Program-made: the position numbers and the translations under genes | Part shown: one piece after another, positions 60,345 to 64,000 of the stretch | How positions within the stretch are numbered: position 1 is the first letter of the stretch | Layout of the letters: the number at the start of each line of letters is the position of its first letter | Assembly: GCA_002269645.1 (NCBI GenBank) | Contig: NIVC01000555.1 | Coordinates: forward strand, 244,482-308,481 | DNA length: 64,000 nucleotides | Source: Macrostomum lignano | Lineage: Eukaryota | Reading direction: 5' to 3' | Notes under the pieces: generated by a model | Database searches by the model: none | The model's input: only the letters and a program-made list of their open reading frames with translations | Told to the model about the DNA's origin: nothing

Positions 60345-63300
60345 ATGCTTAACTCGATTAGCCTTGTCGCCCTGCTGTGGGCCATCAGCTGCGCACCCTT
60401 CATCTTGGCCGCGAGTCGCGAGGTGAACTTCGAATGCGACGAAGAGACTGATCTGAATGCGGGAGTTGGTAACTTATGGCGATCCTTAGGCAGCCCAAGC
60501 CGCCTCTCAGACTTCAGACTCATGCCGGAGTCGCCCTACTTCAAAGTTGACAAGGAAAGCAACGTGCGCATCAGAGGGCGAATCGACCGCGAGGATCCGG
60601 TCGCTTGTCCCGACGCAGGCGAGACTCGACCCTGCGTGATCGAACTCAACGCTTTCTCAGACAACGACCGGACTGTGGTGCGCATCACCATTAAGGATAT
60701 AAACGACAATGCGCCGGTGTTCAAAGAGCCACAGAAAGAATTGATCGTCGAGGAGGGCGATACAAATTTTCAGTGCCCGCTGGATGCGGCAACCGATGCG
60801 GACATTGGTGACAATGGAATGCTCATTAAAGGTCACTACTTCCTGATTGGCGATGGGGGGCAATTTTCACTAAAGCAGAGACATCAGCAAGGCGCGCTGT
60901 ACCTCGTGCTGGCTGAAGGAGCCCAGGCTCTGGACTATGAGACGGCACAGCAGCACTTGCTAAACCTGACCGCTTGCGACGGTGGTTTAAATCCGAACTG
61001 TACCAGCCAGCGACTCATAGTCCGGGTACGCGATCGCAATGATAACGCGCCGATTGTAACGCCAGACGCGTGGCCGGCAGTGCCGGACACGCTGCCCGTT
61101 GGCGGTCGGGTGGGTAAAGTGACCGCCACGGACGCGGACAGTGGCGAAAATGGCCGCCTGACATACAGCATCACTGGCGATAGAAAGTCCATGGAAGCAT
61201 TCGTTATTAACGAAACAACTGGCGAAGTCCGATTGCACCGCCGACTAAATGCGCGAAGCCATCTTCAGTACGTCATTCAGGTGCTAGTCTCAGATAATGG
61301 GGCTCCCAGCCGCCAAACAGTGACTAGCTTCCCTCTGAGCGTCCGAGACGCCAACGATCACGCACCGAACATTTCAATCCTTCCGATGGTCCAGCGATTG
61401 CAGCAGAAAGGTACACCTGAAGCAACCAAGAACTCTGGAATGGTTTTAGTCCGGGAACGCGAATACAGGCGCCTCACTAGCTTTCATTCAGGTGACCGAC
61501 GAAGATCTAGAAGACAATGGTCGCACAACTTGTCAGCTTGGTGAGCCAGGAGCGGAGCTGTTTCGGCTTACGTCGTCTGGAGAGAAAGATTACATGCTTT
61601 ACAGCCTGCAGTCCCTGGACTACGAGGCACAGACAAGGACTAGCGTTCGAATCGATTGCCGCGATGCCGGGTCTCCGCCGCAGTCCGCAAGCAAAGTCGT
61701 GCAAATCAAAGTTGAGAATGTAAATGAGTTTTCCCGGAGTTTCAATCTTCATATTACAACGCCACGGTTGAAGAGTCGAACGGTCAACATGATGACAACG
61801 GTGTAGGACGGCCAGTGCTCACCATTGAAGCCATTGATAGGGACCGAGACGACCCGCTGACTTTTCAAATTTTAGACGACGGAGCCACTTCCCACGGTCG
61901 CTTCTTCGAGGCCGTAGTAGAGATACATCGAGCTTCTCAAATCTACAGGGGGTCAGTCGTACAACAGGTGTAATAGAGTGAAGTCGTCAATAGATCGAGA
62001 CTCGCTTCGATTGCCAAACGATCGTTTGGTATTTGTCATTCAAGTTAAGGACACACCTGACTCCGAAGGTACACAGCACACCGCTAGCGCAAGCGTCACT
62101 GTTCGTGTATTAGACGTAAACGACAATGCTCCTGAAATTCTTCAGCCCCGACTGTACAAGGTACGCGAAAATGCACCGGTTGACACTCCTGTGCTCGCAG
62201 CATCAAATGGCGACAGTCGGATCCGATTCACTGATCCCGACGCTCCCGGACCAAATTCCCGAGCTGAATTTCAACTGCTAGATGTGCGAGCCAAAATTCT
62301 TGGCTTGGAAGGTGGAGACCGTTATCTGCGGCCGAGGGAGCGGCCGTTTCTTGTGACCAAAGACGGTCAGATTAGGACAACAGTCTCGTTGGATCGAGAA
62401 GTTCATTCGGCCTATCTAATATCTGTATCTGTTGCCAATACGGAGGCCCAGCCACGATTGAGCACTACGGCTGAGCTCACAGTGATTGTAGAGGACGAGA
62501 ACGACAGTCCACCGGTTTGGTCATTTCCGAGGGAGTCCAACCTCTTTGTGAACATCTCCACTGCGCATCGAATCAATGATGACGTCACCTGGGTGCAGGC
62601 GACAGACTCAGACGAATCCAGCAACATCACTTACCAGCTCATTGATGCAGTTGGCGAACCGCTCACCTGGGTACCGTCGCATGCTTCGTTTTTTCTGGCC
62701 ATCGACCCAAAGTCTGGCGTGATTCGCTTAGTTGCCCGACCAACTCCTGGCCGCCACGTTGTGACTGTCCGTGCTGTGGACGCTGACCGGCCGCAGATGT
62801 TTGTAGACACTCAGCTGATCATAAACGTTCTGCGCTACGCTGGCGACGGTGGACACCTGCGCGAGGCTCAGGTTAACCTGTCAATCATTGTTGCCATGGT
62901 GGCGGCAACTTGCCTGGTCAGCCTCTGCCTGGTTTCCGCCATTGTCTGCGTCCGTCAACGGCGTCATCAGCGATCTGCAGGCGCCGCGTCTTCTGCCGGT
63001 GGCTCCTCTTGCGGCAACGGCGGCGGCCTTGGCGTCGAAAAGGCGTTATCGCCACCGACGCTGCCGCTGCCAGCATCGTGCCAATTCGGCCTCGATGACC
63101 AGCTGGACGACTGTGGTGCGCCTGAGCCGCTGTTGTTCAGCGGCGGCGGTGACATCGGAGGAGGCGGCTGCAGCAGCGGCTGCGGTACACCAACAAGGCA
63201 CCACCTGCACATGACCACCTTCTGCCAGAGCGACTCACAAGTGCTGCCAATGATGCAGTCGCACCATCCGCTGTACTATCCGCAGCATCAGCACCTGCAG

Positions 63301-63389
63301 CAGCAATCCAAGCAGCCGTTCCGCTTCCACATCAGCAGCAGGCCATGTACCAGCAGCCAAACATTCAGCTGCTTCTGGCTGGAAATGAG
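60345..63389 (+). CDS. Protocadherin (7 cadherin repeats, delta-1-like), single large exon interrupted by about 5 small deletions; likely continues beyond the donor at 63390
   Basis: Signal peptide; seven EC repeats ending DINDNAP, DRNDNAP, DANDHAP, NVNEFSP, DVNDNAP and DENDSPP, with DRE/LDYE motifs; TM NLSIIVAMVAATCLVSLCLVSAIVCV followed by RQRR. Frame repairs are needed near 61457, 61730, 61870-61955, 61975 and 63320. Candidate donor GAG|GTGAAA. Confidence 0.85.
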
Positions 63390-64000
63390 GTGAAATTTCT
63401 TCTTATTGACCAGCGACCAATCATAGAACCTTTGCCCTTCGTGTGTAGCTTTAACCAGTCTTGACAATTACAACGTTTTACCCTTACTTTTGAGCACTTA
63501 AAGCTTCTATATAGTGACTCCATTCAATTTTGACACTCAATCACAGGACACACCGAAACGAAGCATATCATTGTAGAGCTTAATGTTGATGTCCGGGATG
63601 TGAAACAGAGTTAGGGGAGGGTTGCGCTGGACGATTGTGCAGAGAAATCGTTGCATTTAGTCGTCCTCATTGAATGCTTCACACATGGCTTTGCTTTCTT
63701 CGCAGCAAAATCGTAGTTTCGTCAAGCAACGTCATTAGGCGTCAAAATGTGTGTTGAATAGGGTGAAATGGTGCAGTAGGTATAGCTACTAACTCTCACA
63801 GAATGATTGACATTGAGAAGGGATGAATTGTGACTCATAGATTAGAGAGATGAAAGAATTGGTTTTAGCTTCACTCTCGCGCTCAAAATAATTAGAAGGC
63901 CAGTTTTTTCTAGCACCTTGTCTCTTGAAAATAGCTGTAGCGCTAGTAGATGAAGCACAAAATTGTGAGATTTAACGCTCGGTTTCAAATAAGGATCTTC

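Overview
Eukaryotic, intron-containing animal genomic DNA that is very rich in minisatellites and microsatellites. The repeat style and gene content suggest a free-living flatworm such as Macrostomum, but that is inference. From left to right: (1) a 6-exon WDR26/Gid7 gene on the minus strand that runs off the window start, with a different minisatellite in each intron; (2) a hAT-type MITE; (3) a 2-exon MBLAC1-like metallo-beta-lactamase; (4) a decayed piggyBac transposase; (5) a head-to-head pair of intronless paralogues with a coiled-coil / hydrophobic-hairpin / coiled-coil layout resembling alpha-pore-forming proteins; (6) a solo-LTR-like element carrying an array of 'CA-NN-TGG' tRNA-Leu primer-binding-site units; (7) two tandem 5-exon Toll-like receptor genes; (8) a repeat-rich, gene-poor stretch at about 40-60 kb; (9) a 7-EC protocadherin broken by several small deletions. 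The main result concerns the two TLR genes. In both copies the apparent stand-alone TIR ORF downstream of the receptor joins it in frame through conserved splice sites, predicting LRR-TM-TIR-TIR (twin-TIR) receptors of about 1,365-1,370 aa. Retaining that intron would give a single-TIR isoform. Copy 2 also holds an AP-1-rich, antisense LTR-like promoter inside that same intron. Several single-base frameshifts look like long-read consensus errors rather than true pseudogenisation.
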